Of a DNA stretch of 32,060 nucleotides, positions 6,620 to 15,995 are shown piece after piece. The notes under the pieces were generated by a model. The model searched no databases and was not told the DNA's origin. It worked only from the letters and a program-made list of their open reading frames with translations. The number at the start of each line of letters is the position of its first letter. The stretch's first letter is position 1. Source of the DNA: an uncultured Gaiellales bacterium (lineage in GTDB: Bacteria; Actinomycetota; Thermoleophilia; RBG-16-64-13); contig CAZDGO010000001.1 in assembly GCA_964504825.1 (NCBI GenBank), positions 1-32,060 on the forward strand, in the 5' to 3' direction. The position numbers were made by a program, and so were the translations under genes.

Positions 6620-9366
6620 GCCATTGCCTCCACATTGACGGCCGCGACCTTGAGCTCCGGGATCTTGGCTATCGGGTCCAGTACCGTGTTGGTCAATCGA
6701 TTGGCCGGCGCCTCCGCGTAATGGAAGGGCATGAACACCAACCCTGGTGACACGCGGTCGGTAACCCAAGCCAGCGGCTCGATCGAGCCTCTCCGGCTGG
6801 TGACCCGCACGTAGGCGCCATCCTGGATGCCCAATCGCGCCGCGTCGTCTGGGTGGATCTCCAGACGACCCGTGAGCACCAACGCGTTAAGCCCAGGAGC
6901 CCGCCGCGACATCGTGCCGGTGTGATAGTGCACCAGCTCCCGACCTGTCGTAAGGACGAACGGATAGTCGTCGCTGACGTTCTCCGAGGGAGCCACGTGC
7001 TCGATGGCCGAGAACACACCCTTGCCATGGGCGAACTGCTGCGTGTGGAGGATGGGTGTGCCCGGGTGATCTTCCGTCGGACACGGCCATTGGAGACCAC
7101 AGACGTCGGTCTGGGCGAACTCCACGTCGGGGATCACGTCGAGTCTGTCGTAGGTGACCCCCCCATACTGCGGGGTCACGGACGCGATCTCCGCCATGAT
7201 CGCCTCAGGTGAGCGGTAGTCCCAATCGGCGCCCATGCGGTTGGCCACCAACTGAATGATCTTCCAGTCGGGCAGAGCGTCCCCCTGGGGATCGAGGGCT
7301 TGATGACTCAATTGGATCCGGCGTTCGGTGTTCGTGTACGTGCCCACCTTCTCCACGCTCGACACTGCGGGCAGCACCACGTCGGCATACTCGGCCGTCT
7401 CAGTGCGGAAGATATCCTGCACCACCAGGAACTCGACGTTCTTGAGAGACGCCTCCACGTGGTGCTGATCGGGATCGGAGAGCGCGGGGTTCTCGCCCAT
7501 CACGTAGAGAGCCCGGATCTCGCCGTCGTCGATGGCCCGCATGATCTCCATCAGGCTCTTGCCTTTCTCCCGATCTTCGAGCGTGACGCCCCAGGCCGCC
7601 TCCATCTTGGCGATGGCGTCGGGATTGTCGACTTTCTGATATCCGGAGAAGACGTCGGGCAGGCCGCCCATGTCGCAGGCTCCCTGCACATTCACCTGCC
7701 CGCGCAGGGCGTTCACGCCCGTGCCCGGCCGGCCGATGTGGCCCGTCAACATGGCCAGATTGGCCACGGACAGCACGTTATTGGTGCCGGTGTGATGTTG
7801 CGTGATGCCCATGGCATACAGGATGTTGGACGCCCCGGCCGTGGCGTACATCTCCGCCGCCTTGCGGATGTCGTCGGCCGGTACGCCGCAGATCTGCGCT
7901 GCCTGCTCCACCGTCATGGTGTCGAGGGTTGCGCGCAGGGCCTCGTAGTTCTCCGTGCGCTCCGAGATGAACTCCTTGTCCTCCCAGCCCATGTCGACGA
8001 TGTGCCGCATCATGCCGTTCAGCAGCGCCACGTTGCTGCCCGGCTTCAACCGCAGGTGTAGATGCGCCCGCCGGGCCACGTCGATAAGGCGAGGGTCGGC
8101 CACGATGAGGGTCTTGCCCTCACGCAGAGCCTTGATCACCTCAAGGGAGAGTACCGGGTGCGCCTCGGTGGTGTTCGAGCCGATGATGAAGATGACATCG
8201 GCCTCGTGGAGGTCGTTGATGGAGTTGGTCATCGCCCCACTGCCAAAGGCTGTCGCCAGACCGGCGACCGTGGAGCTGTGTCATAAGCGTGCGCAGTGAT
8301 CGAGGTTGTTCGTGCCCAGGAGGCCGCGGACGAACTTCTGAAAAAGGTAGTTCTCCTCATTGCTGCACTTGGCCGAAGCGAGACCGGCGATGCCTCTTCC
8401 ACCACTCTCCGCTTTGACGCGCTTGAAGTTCTGCTCGATGCGGTCTAGGGCTACGTCCCACGTGGTGGGCACGAGAGCGCCACCTTCATCGCGCACGAGA
8501 GGTGTGGTCAGCCGATCAGGAGAGTTGACGAAGTCCATCCCAAAGCGGCCCTTGACGCAGGTGTTGCCGTTGTTCACACCGCTTCCCACGGTGGCGGTGA
8601 CGCGCACCACTTTGCCACGGGCGGTGTGGATGATCAGCTCACACCCGACGCCACAGTACGGACAGATGCACTTGGTCTTCTCGGTCTGCCAGTGACGAGC
8701 GGCGTAACGACTCCGTTTAGAGTTGAGCGCGCCCACAGGACATGTGCTGATACACTGCCCGCACGAGACACAGCCCACCTCTTGTAGGGGCAGGTTGTAA
8801 GGGGTGTCGATGATGGTGTCGTAGCCCCGATTGGTGAAGCCCCAACAGCCGATGCCCATGACGTCGCGGCAGATACGCACGCAGCGACCGCACAAGATGC
8901 AGCGGTTGGGATTCCGGGCCACGTTGGGGTGGTCGTCACGCGTCTCGAATTGCAGCGGACTCCAGCCCCACGGGCTCATGTTGACTTCGTACTCGTAGGC
9001 GTAGTCCTGCAGCCGGCAATCGCCGGCCGCCTCGCACACGGGGCAATCGAGCGGGTGGTTCGACAAGAGCAACTCGAGCACGAACTTGCGCAACTTGCGG
9101 ATCTTCTCCGTGTGGGTCTGCACCACCATGCCGTCACCGACCTTGGTGGCGCAGGCGGGCACCGCCCCGCGTGCGCCCTCGATCTCGACCAGACAGAGCC
9201 GGCAGGCTCCGTACGGCTCGAGCCGATCGTCATGGCACAGCGTGGGGATGTCGACCCCCAGACGTCGAGCCACGTGCAACACCGTCTCGCCAGGAGCCGC
9301 CTTCACCTCCTGGCCGTTGATGGTGAGGGTGAGGGTCTTCTCCCCCGTCTCATGCGCCACGGCCAT
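6616..9366 (-). CDS. fdhA: Formate dehydrogenase catalytic subunit, NuoG-fused type, with selenocysteine encoded by UGA at 8283-8281
   Basis: Track ORFs 8281..9366 and 6616..8232 are in the same frame (2751 nt in total). Reading through the TGA gives [32 protein letters not shown], the conserved Sec/Cys active-site block of FDH-H/FdhA. The N-terminus carries a 2Fe-2S ferredoxin fold (CRLCLVEIEG), the NuoG His/Cys cluster (HPLDCPVCEAAGDC), two 4Fe-4S motifs (CILCGRCVRIC, CVSCGQCISTCP) and the Mo-bisPGD 4Fe-4S (CPYCGVGC). The C-terminus is a molybdopterin dinucleotide-binding domain. Confidence 0.9.
8252..8283 (-). promoter_or_regulatory. UGA(Sec) codon plus bacterial SECIS-like hairpin
   Basis: The mRNA reads UGA CAC AGC UCC ACG, then GUCGCC-GGUCU-GGCGAC. 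This is a perfect 6-bp stem (8268-8263 pairing with 8257-8252) with a 5-nt loop containing GGUC, starting 12 nt after the UGA. Spacing and loop resemble the E. coli fdhF SECIS apical element as I recall it. Confidence 0.65.
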
Positions 9367-11253
9367 TTACTGCCTCCTCACGGCGTCGAACCTGCACTTC
9401 TCGTAGCACGCCCCGCATCGGATGCAGAGGTCCGGGTCGATAACGTGCACTTCCTTCTTTTCGCCGGTGATAGCGTTGACCGGGCAGGCGCGCGCACAGG
9501 CGCGACATCCGGTGCAGGCCTCGGCGTCGATCCAATAGGTGGTCAGCGCCGCGCACGCTCCGGCCCGACACTTCTTGTCGTGGATATGCTCCTCGAACTC
9601 CTCTAAGAAGTACTTGAGCGAGGTCAGCACGGGGTTCGGCGCCGTGCCGCCCAGAGCGCATAGGGAGCCCGCTTTGACATTCGCGGCCAACTCCTCGAGC
9701 AAGGGGATATCCTCAGGCACGCCCTGGCCTTCGCAGATGCGCGCGAGGATCTCAAGCATGCGCATAGTACCGACGCGACATGGGACGCATTTTCCGCAAC
9801 TCTCCGCTTGGGTGAACTTCAAGAAGTAGAGCGCGGTGTCGACGATGCAGTTGTCGGCATCGAGCACCACCATCCCGCCCGACCCCACGATGGCCCCGGT
9901 GCGGTTCAGTTCCTCGTAGTCCACCTTCGTGTCGAGCAACGACTCCGGCAGGCACCCGCCCGATGGTCCGCCCATCTGCACGGCCTTGAAGGGCTTGTCG
10001 TTCTTGATCCCGCCGCCGATCTTGAAGATCACGTCGCGCAACGTAAGCCCCATGGGGACTTCGGCCAACCCGGACCGCTTCACCTTGCCGGTGAGCGCAA
10101 AGACCTTCGTGCCTTTGGACTCCTCGAAGCCGCGCCCCGCGAAGGCGGCCGCGCCGTGAGTGATGATCCAGGGCACGCAGGCGAGGGTCTCGACGTTGTT
10201 GATGTTCGTGGGCCGGGCCCAAAGCCCCGACACCGCCGGAAACGGGGGCCGCAGGCGCGGCATGCCCCGCTTGCCCTCGATGGACTGCATCAGAGCGGTC
10301 TCCTCGCCGCAGACGAACGCCCCGGCCCCTTCCTTGATCTTGAGGTGGAAGGAGAAGTCGCTACCCATGATGTTGTCGCCGAGCAATCCGCGCTCCTCGG
10401 CCTGAATCAACGCGATCTTCAGTCGCTTGATGGCCAGAGGGTACTCGGCCCGCACGTAGACGTAGCCCTCTGAAGCTCCGATGCAATAGCTGCCGATAGC
10501 CATGCCCTCGAAGACGGTATGGGGGTCACCCTCGAGCACCGAGCGATCCATGAACGCGCCCGGATCGCCTTCGTCTCCGTTGCAGATGAAGTACTTCTGC
10601 CCGTCGGGTGACGAGGCCTCCGCGGCGAACTTCCACTTCAGGCCTGTCGGGAAACCGGCGCCACCGCGTCCGCGCAGGCCCGAGGCCAGGATCTCCTCCT
10701 GCACCTGGACCGGGCTCATCTCGGTCAACACCTTGTAGAGGGCCTGGTAGCCGCCCTCGTCAAGATAGTCGTCGATGTCTTCGGGATCGATCCGGCCGCA
10801 GTCGCGCAACACCAACCGATCCTGGTACTGATAGAACTCGTTGTGAGAAGTGGGCTCCTCGTCCGAGAGTACGATCCACTTGTGGACCGGCTCGCCACCC
10901 ACGATGTGGTCGGCGACGATCTTCTCCACCATGGCCGGGGTGACGGTGCCGTAGGTCACGGTCCGCTGCTGTCCGCCTGTGTGGGTGGTAACGTCGACCA
11001 GCACGTCCATGGCGCACATCCCGCGGCAACCTGTGCCGGTGATGGAGGCACAGCCGCCCTCACAGGCGTCTTCGCGCGGCTTGACTACGCCGTAGACCCC
11101 GCTCGCCTTGAGTCCCTGCTGAAATGCCGCGAAGACATCGTCCCCGCCGGCAGCGATCCCGCCGGTGCCCATGCAGATGCCGATCTCCACATCGGGCGTG
11201 CCGCGACGCGGACGCCCCGCTGCAGGCCGGCGTATGGTCTCAGCCACACCCAT
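9367..11253 (-). CDS. NuoF/HydB-type FMN/NAD(P)H-binding iron-sulfur flavoprotein, with an N-terminal thioredoxin-like 2Fe-2S domain and a C-terminal 2x[4Fe-4S] ferredoxin domain
   Basis: 628 aa. The NuoF core contains GRGGAGFPTGLKW and ESCGKCVPCRVG. The N-terminal extension is IGICMGTGGIAAGG ... GCRGMCAMDVLV. The C-terminal motifs are CTGCRACARACP and CIRCGACYEKC. Its stop directly abuts the fdhA ATG, and its ATG directly abuts the stop of the upstream gene. Confidence 0.88.
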   Translation of the reverse strand: MGVAETIRRPAAGRPRRGTPDVEIGICMGTGGIAAGGDDVFAAFQQGLKASGVYGVVKPREDACEGGCASITGTGCRGMCAMDVLVDVTTHTGGQQRTVTYGTVTPAMVEKIVADHIVGGEPVHKWIVLSDEEPTSHNEFYQYQDRLVLRDCGRIDPEDIDDYLDEGGYQALYKVLTEMSPVQVQEEILASGLRGRGGAGFPTGLKWKFAAEASSPDGQKYFICNGDEGDPGAFMDRSVLEGDPHTVFEGMAIGSYCIGASEGYVYVRAEYPLAIKRLKIALIQAEERGLLGDNIMGSDFSFHLKIKEGAGAFVCGEETALMQSIEGKRGMPRLRPPFPAVSGLWARPTNINNVETLACVPWIITHGAAAFAGRGFEESKGTKVFALTGKVKRSGLAEVPMGLTLRDVIFKIGGGIKNDKPFKAVQMGGPSGGCLPESLLDTKVDYEELNRTGAIVGSGGMVVLDADNCIVDTALYFLKFTQAESCGKCVPCRVGTMRMLEILARICEGQGVPEDIPLLEELAANVKAGSLCALGGTAPNPVLTSLKYFLEEFEEHIHDKKCRAGACAALTTYWIDAEACTGCRACARACPVNAITGEKKEVHVIDPDLCIRCGACYEKCRFDAVRRQ

Positions 11254-11838
11254 CTACGCCTCCTCCTCGGTCGTCGGCGTCGCGTCGGCGTCGGGCGACG
11301 CGACGGGGTCGCCGCCATTCTGCCCGCCACCCTCAGTTTTCGACCGGAACACCTTCACCGCGGCGACCGCCTTGTCGGGGGTCAGTTTGCCGTAGGTGCG
11401 ATCGTTGATCATCATAACCGGAGCCATGCCACAGGCGCCGAGGCACGCCACGCTCTCTAGGGTGAAAAACATGTCCTCCGTGTTCTCCCCGTCGCGGATG
11501 CCCATATGGCGCTCCACTTCTTGCGAGACCAGAGGAGCACCCGACACATGACAGGCCGTGCCGTGGCAGATGCGCACGACGTTCCTGCCTCGTGGCACAA
11601 GTCGAAACTGCGCATAGAAGGTGGCGACCCCATAGACCTGGCTGAGAGGCTCTCTGAGAGCCTCCGCTATGCGGGTCATCGCCTCGCGCGGTACGAAACC
11701 GTACACCGCCTGCGTGCCCTGCAACAGCGGGATCAGCGTTCCCTTCTGCCCCTGGTACTTGACGAGTAGCTCCTCGAGGGGAGCTGCATCGAATCCCTCT
11801 TCGGCAATAGCGCTGGCGGCGCTCTGGCCGATGCTCAT
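11254..11838 (-). CDS. NuoE/HydC-type 2Fe-2S thioredoxin-like ferredoxin subunit
   Basis: 194 aa with ICHGTACHVSGA and CLGACGMAPVMMIN, which are NuoE signatures. A GGAGG lies 7 nt upstream of the ATG at 11838. Confidence 0.88.
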   Translation of the reverse strand: MSIGQSAASAIAEEGFDAAPLEELLVKYQGQKGTLIPLLQGTQAVYGFVPREAMTRIAEALREPLSQVYGVATFYAQFRLVPRGRNVVRICHGTACHVSGAPLVSQEVERHMGIRDGENTEDMFFTLESVACLGACGMAPVMMINDRTYGKLTPDKAVAAVKVFRSKTEGGGQNGGDPVASPDADATPTTEEEA

Positions 11839-11863
11839 GGGCGAACCTCCACGATTACTAGGC

Positions 11864-12664
11864 CTATTTGAGCTCCGCGTCGGATACCGAATACAGAGAC
11901 TGGTTGGTGAGGGCTTTGATCAGCCTGATCGACCGCATCATCTCTTTGTCGAGAGCATCGACGATGGCAGACGTCATGCCCGCGGCAGACAGCATGGCCA
12001 CAAATACGTTGTTGATGGCCGGGCGGAGTTCATCCGGCGCCCCGTTGGATATGTTCGACAGCCCGCAGGTCGTCTTGACCATGGGGTCGAACATCTCAGG
12101 GAGCATCTTCAGAACGTCCTGCACGGCGACCGCGTGCAGCTGACCCACGTCTACCCCGACGGGCAGGATGATCGGGTCGATGAAGATCCTCTCGTTGGGA
12201 ATACCTTGGTCGTTGGCTGCCACGACCAGCTCGTACGCGAGGGCGACTCTCTCGTTCGCGTCGATGGGGATGGCCTGCCCCATGGTAAGGCCGATGATCT
12301 CGCAGTTGTACTTAGCCGCCAACGGGAGGATGTTCGCCATCTTGTCGGGCTGAGCCGAGAACGAGTTCACTATTGGATTGGGCAGGCCCAGCTCCAGGCA
12401 CTTCACGATGCCGGCTTCCATAGCCACGTGGTTCGTCGTGTCCAGGCAGAACTGTAGTTTCGTTATCTCGGCGACCGTCTCGACGACGAACTCCATCATC
12501 TTGTCGCCGTCCTTGCGGGCCGGCCCTAGGTTGATGTCGATGACGTCAGCGCCCGACTCGACCAACTTGCGCGCCAGATCCTGGATGGGGGCCTTATCCC
12601 GCTCCTTCATGGCATTCCCGATGCGGTTGACCATGACGTTGATGTTCTCCGCGATTACGAGCAC
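11864..12664 (-). CDS. acsE: Methyltetrahydrofolate:corrinoid/iron-sulfur protein methyltransferase
   Basis: I trimmed the ORF to the GTG at 12664-12662, which is preceded by GAAGGAGGA. The N-terminus VLVIAENINVMVNRIGNAMKERDKAPIQDLARKLVESGADVIDINLGPA aligns with the start of Moorella MeTr/AcsE (MLIIGERING...). The length of 266 aa is typical. The start overlaps the lipA 3' end by 10 nt. Confidence 0.88.
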   Translation of the reverse strand: MLVIAENINVMVNRIGNAMKERDKAPIQDLARKLVESGADVIDINLGPARKDGDKMMEFVVETVAEITKLQFCLDTTNHVAMEAGIVKCLELGLPNPIVNSFSAQPDKMANILPLAAKYNCEIIGLTMGQAIPIDANERVALAYELVVAANDQGIPNERIFIDPIILPVGVDVGQLHAVAVQDVLKMLPEMFDPMVKTTCGLSNISNGAPDELRPAINNVFVAMLSAAGMTSAIVDALDKEMMRSIRLIKALTNQSLYSVSDAELK

Positions 12665-13587
12665 TCGTCCTCCTTCGTTACCCGACCCGATGACCCTGCT
12701 CGACCCAAGCGGAGAGTCTCCTCCGCCCGGTATGAGCTGCGCACGAAAGGTGCGGCCTCCACATAGAGGCCCAGCAACTCCCCCATACGCGCATACTCTG
12801 TAAAGACCGCCGGCGGTACGTACTCCACCACCGGCAGGTGCTGCTTCGTGGGTCGCAGATACTGACCCACAGTCACTACGTCGACCCCGGCGCCGCACAC
12901 CGCCTCGAGTAGGGCGCGCACTTCCTCCCCCGTCTCACCCAAGCCGACCATGAACCCCGTCTTGACCAGACCCTCTCCCCGCTCGGCCGCGTAGCGCAGC
13001 ACCTCGAGAGAGCGGACCAGATCCGCCTGCGGCCGCACCGTCGGATAGAGACGCGCTACCGTCTCGACATTGTGGTTGAAGACCTCAGGCGTAGCTCCGA
13101 TGACCACATCGAGAAACGCTTCCGACCCACCGAAGTCCGGCACCAGCACCTCCACCGTGGCCTCCGGCACGCGCCCGCGCACGGCGCGGACGGTCGCGGC
13201 GAAATGGGCCGCTCCCCCGTCCGGCAGGTCGTCGCGGGTCACCGATGTGATGACGACATGCCGCAACCCCATGAGGGCCACGGCGTCCGCGACGTGGGCC
13301 GGCTCGTCCGCATCCAGCGGCTCCGGCCGACCTCCTTCCACGCTGCAGAACCGGCAATCCCTCGTGCACACGCCGCCCAAGATAAGAAACGTGGCCGTGC
13401 CCCGCTCGAAGCACTCACCCTTGTTGGGGCAGCGGGCACTCTCGCACACGGTGTGCAGATGGCGGTCGCGCAGCAGACTCTCCACCTCATGCACGGCCCG
13501 CGCCCGTGGGAGCCGTTTTTTCAGCCAATCTGGCTTCCGACCGGGCCCATCGACTACTGGACAGACTGTCTCGCTGCGTTCACTCAT
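12655..13587 (-). CDS. lipA: Lipoyl synthase (radical SAM)
   Basis: 310 aa with CESARCPNKGEC (auxiliary cluster) and CTRDCRFCSV (radical-SAM CxxxCxxC), plus a typical LipA C-terminal half. Confidence 0.9.
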   Translation of the reverse strand: MSERSETVCPVVDGPGRKPDWLKKRLPRARAVHEVESLLRDRHLHTVCESARCPNKGECFERGTATFLILGGVCTRDCRFCSVEGGRPEPLDADEPAHVADAVALMGLRHVVITSVTRDDLPDGGAAHFAATVRAVRGRVPEATVEVLVPDFGGSEAFLDVVIGATPEVFNHNVETVARLYPTVRPQADLVRSLEVLRYAAERGEGLVKTGFMVGLGETGEEVRALLEAVCGAGVDVVTVGQYLRPTKQHLPVVEYVPPAVFTEYARMGELLGLYVEAAPFVRSSYRAEETLRLGRAGSSGRVTKEDECS

Positions 13588-13630
13588 ATCGTTGCCGCTT
13601 AGGCCCGCGCCTCCGCCCTCCGCATCCTGC

Positions 13631-15025
13631 TCAGCTGGCTACGTGCACCGATTCGCCGTGCACGTCGTGCGCGGCTTCCATCAGGGCCTCCCCGATGGTG
13701 GGGTGGGCGTGGATGGTGTCGCCGATCTGCCTTACCGTGAGGTCGTTCTTGATGGCCACGGCGATCTCGTGGATAAGGTCGGTGACGTGGGGGCCCATCA
13801 TGTTCGCTCCCAGCACCTTGTCTGTGTTGCGGTCGGCCACGATCTGGATGTAGCCGACGGCCTCACCGATCGCCAGTGCCTTGCCGGCCGCTCCGAGGCG
13901 GAACGTGCCGGTGATGGGTTCGAAGCCCTCGTCCCTGGCCTGATCTTCCGTCAGGCCGATGCTGGCGATCTCGGGCAGAGTGTAGATGCAGCTGGGCACC
14001 ACCTTTAGCTCGCGCTTCTGGTCGCCGCCCAGGCAATTCTCCACAGCCACGAGACCTTCATACGAGGCCACGTGAGCGAGCAGGATGCCACCGTTGACGT
14101 CACCGATAGCATAGACGTTCGGCGCACTGGTCTCTAGCTTGTCGTTCACCACGATGTAACCGCGGCCGTCGGTCTCGACGCCCACCGCCTCCAGGCCGAT
14201 GCCCTTAGAATTCGGCTGCCGACCGATCGACACCAGCATCTTCTCGGCCGTGATCTGCCTGCCGCCCTCGATGTTGGCGGTGATGTGGTTGGCGCCGTAC
14301 TCCGCGATGCCGTCGACCTTGGTCTTCAGCAGCACCTCGATACCCTTCTTCTTGAAGATCTGCTGGAACTGCTTGGCCAGCCGCGTGTCCTCCAGGGGTA
14401 GCATCTGAGGCATCATCTCGACCATGGTGATCTTGGCGCCCAGTTCCGAGAACACCGAGGCGAACTCGCAGCCGATAACCCCGGCCCCAATGATCAACAG
14501 GGTCTCGGGGATGGAGGCCAGTTCGAGCGCACTTGTAGACGTCAAAACCGTGGGCTGGTCAAAATCGAAGAAGGGCAGTCGGGCCGGCTCGGATCCAGTG
14601 GCGATAATGATCTTGTCGGCCTCGAGGGTCACCGTGCCGTCAGCCGTCTCGACCTGGACAGTTCCGGCGCCGGTGATACGGCCATCCCCCGCAACGAGCT
14701 TCACTTTGTTCTTCTTGAAGAGGGCATGGATGCCGTCTCGCAGCAGCTTGGAGATGCTGCTCTTGCGCTCCATCATGCGGGCGAAGTCAGGTTTGATGTC
14801 GCCGGCAGTGACGAATCCGAACTCGGCACCGGAACGGGCCTTGTGCAGCGCCTCGACGCTACCCAGCAGAGCCTTGGAGGGGATGCATCCCCGGTTCAGG
14901 CACGTGCCGCCCAACAGATCCTTCTCGACCACGGTCACGTCCGCCCCGCGCTGGGCCGCGCGGATGCCCGCGACGTACCCTCCGGGGCCGCCCCCGATGA
15001 TGACTATCCTCACAGCATCGGCCAC
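13631..15025 (-). CDS. lpdA: Dihydrolipoyl dehydrogenase-family FAD/NAD(P) disulfide oxidoreductase
   Basis: 464 aa starting at GTG 15025 with an AAGGGAG RBS. Motifs are IIGGGPGGYVAGIRAAQ, the redox-active GGTCLNRGCIPSK and the C-terminal HAHPTIGEAL dimerisation/His-Glu motif. Confidence 0.9.
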   Translation of the reverse strand: MADAVRIVIIGGGPGGYVAGIRAAQRGADVTVVEKDLLGGTCLNRGCIPSKALLGSVEALHKARSGAEFGFVTAGDIKPDFARMMERKSSISKLLRDGIHALFKKNKVKLVAGDGRITGAGTVQVETADGTVTLEADKIIIATGSEPARLPFFDFDQPTVLTSTSALELASIPETLLIIGAGVIGCEFASVFSELGAKITMVEMMPQMLPLEDTRLAKQFQQIFKKKGIEVLLKTKVDGIAEYGANHITANIEGGRQITAEKMLVSIGRQPNSKGIGLEAVGVETDGRGYIVVNDKLETSAPNVYAIGDVNGGILLAHVASYEGLVAVENCLGGDQKRELKVVPSCIYTLPEIASIGLTEDQARDEGFEPITGTFRLGAAGKALAIGEAVGYIQIVADRNTDKVLGANMMGPHVTDLIHEIAVAIKNDLTVRQIGDTIHAHPTIGEALMEAAHDVHGESVHVAS

Positions 15026-15055
15026 TGCCGTTCTCCCTTCCTCTATTATTCTACG

Positions 15056-15078
15056 GGCGGGACCGCTCCGGTCCCGCC
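15056..15078 (-). promoter_or_regulatory. Perfect 10-bp GC-rich stem-loop in the metF-lpdA intercistronic gap. It may be a partial terminator, an RNA-stability element or a processing site.
   Basis: ggcgggaccg (15056-15065), ctc, cggtcccgcc (15069-15078). On the transcript it is followed by GUAGAAUAAUAG, which is A/U-rich but not a U-tract. This is the longest gap (71 nt) inside the array. Confidence 0.35.
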
Positions 15079-15096
15079 TCCATCAACCGCTTGGTG

Positions 15097-15993
15097 CTAC
15101 AGCAATCCCGCCATCTTGAGGATGTCGGGCACGATCTCTTCCTTGCCGATGGCCATCACGTGCACCCCGTCGCACACTTTGTTGTCCATGCAGAAACGGA
15201 TGTGACGGGCGCAGATCTCCATGCCTTTCTTGACGGCGTCCTCCTTGGGAACAGACGCCATCTCTTCCAGGAGGATGTCGGGAACGAACACGCCGGGCAC
15301 GAACTTGTTCATGTACTTGGCCATGCCCAGGCTGGTGAGCACGACCAGACCGGCCATCAGCTTGACGTCTTTGCCTTCCGTGATGCCCCGCGAATACTCG
15401 GCGAAGCGCTGGAAGTTGTCCATGTCGTACACGGCCTGTGTCTGGAAGAACTGTGCGCCGGCAGCGATCTTCTTCTCGTACTTGAGCTTCTGCGGCTCGA
15501 TGGGGTCGGACTCCGGGGTCACCACAGCGCCGATGTAGAAATCAGTGGCTCCCGCGAGCTCGTTGCCGGCCCAATCGTAGCCCTCGTTCATGCGCTTCAC
15601 GCACTGTATGAGCTGCACCGACTCGAAATCGTAGACCTCTTTGGCCTCTTTATGATCGCCCACGCTCACGTGGTCGCCCGTAAGGCAGAGCACGTTACGG
15701 ATGCCGAGGAAATGGGCGGAGAGCAGATCGTTCTCCAGCGCCAGACGGTTGCGGTCCCGGCACGTCATCTGGAAGATGGCGTCGCCGCCCTTGGAGACGA
15801 TCTCATGAGACACAGCCATCGACCCAAGGCGCATGACCGCGCTCTGGTTGTCGGTGACGTTGAGCCCATCGACCAGGTCCTTGAGGAGGTCGATATGGTG
15901 CAACATAGTGTCGACGTTCGTGCCTTTCGGCGGCCCGATCTCACCCGAGACGACGAACTTCCCGCTCTCGCAGGCCTCGCGATACTTGCCCAT
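15097..15993 (-). CDS. metF: Methylenetetrahydrofolate reductase, catalytic subunit
   Basis: 298 aa of the MTHFR TIM-barrel family (FVVSGEIGPPKG, LNVTDNQSAVMRL, FFQTQAVYD). The ATG lies 2 nt after the metV stop. Confidence 0.88.
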   Translation of the reverse strand: MGKYREACESGKFVVSGEIGPPKGTNVDTMLHHIDLLKDLVDGLNVTDNQSAVMRLGSMAVSHEIVSKGGDAIFQMTCRDRNRLALENDLLSAHFLGIRNVLCLTGDHVSVGDHKEAKEVYDFESVQLIQCVKRMNEGYDWAGNELAGATDFYIGAVVTPESDPIEPQKLKYEKKIAAGAQFFQTQAVYDMDNFQRFAEYSRGITEGKDVKLMAGLVVLTSLGMAKYMNKFVPGVFVPDILLEEMASVPKEDAVKKGMEICARHIRFCMDNKVCDGVHVMAIGKEEIVPDILKMAGLL

Positions 15994-15995
15994 AC

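Noticed and set aside
8233-8280. The 48-nt gap between ORFs 6616..8232 and 8281..9366 looked like a frameshifted or split, pseudogenised FDH.
   Set aside because: Both ORFs are in the same frame. Read-through of the single TGA gives the canonical [13 protein letters not shown] active-site block, and a SECIS-like hairpin follows. I therefore interpret it as one selenoprotein gene.
13588-13630. I expected a gcvH (lipoyl carrier) next to lpdA/lipA, as in clostridial clusters.
   Set aside because: The gap is only 43 nt, and no ORF in any frame of the window shows the H-protein lipoyl-lysine motif.
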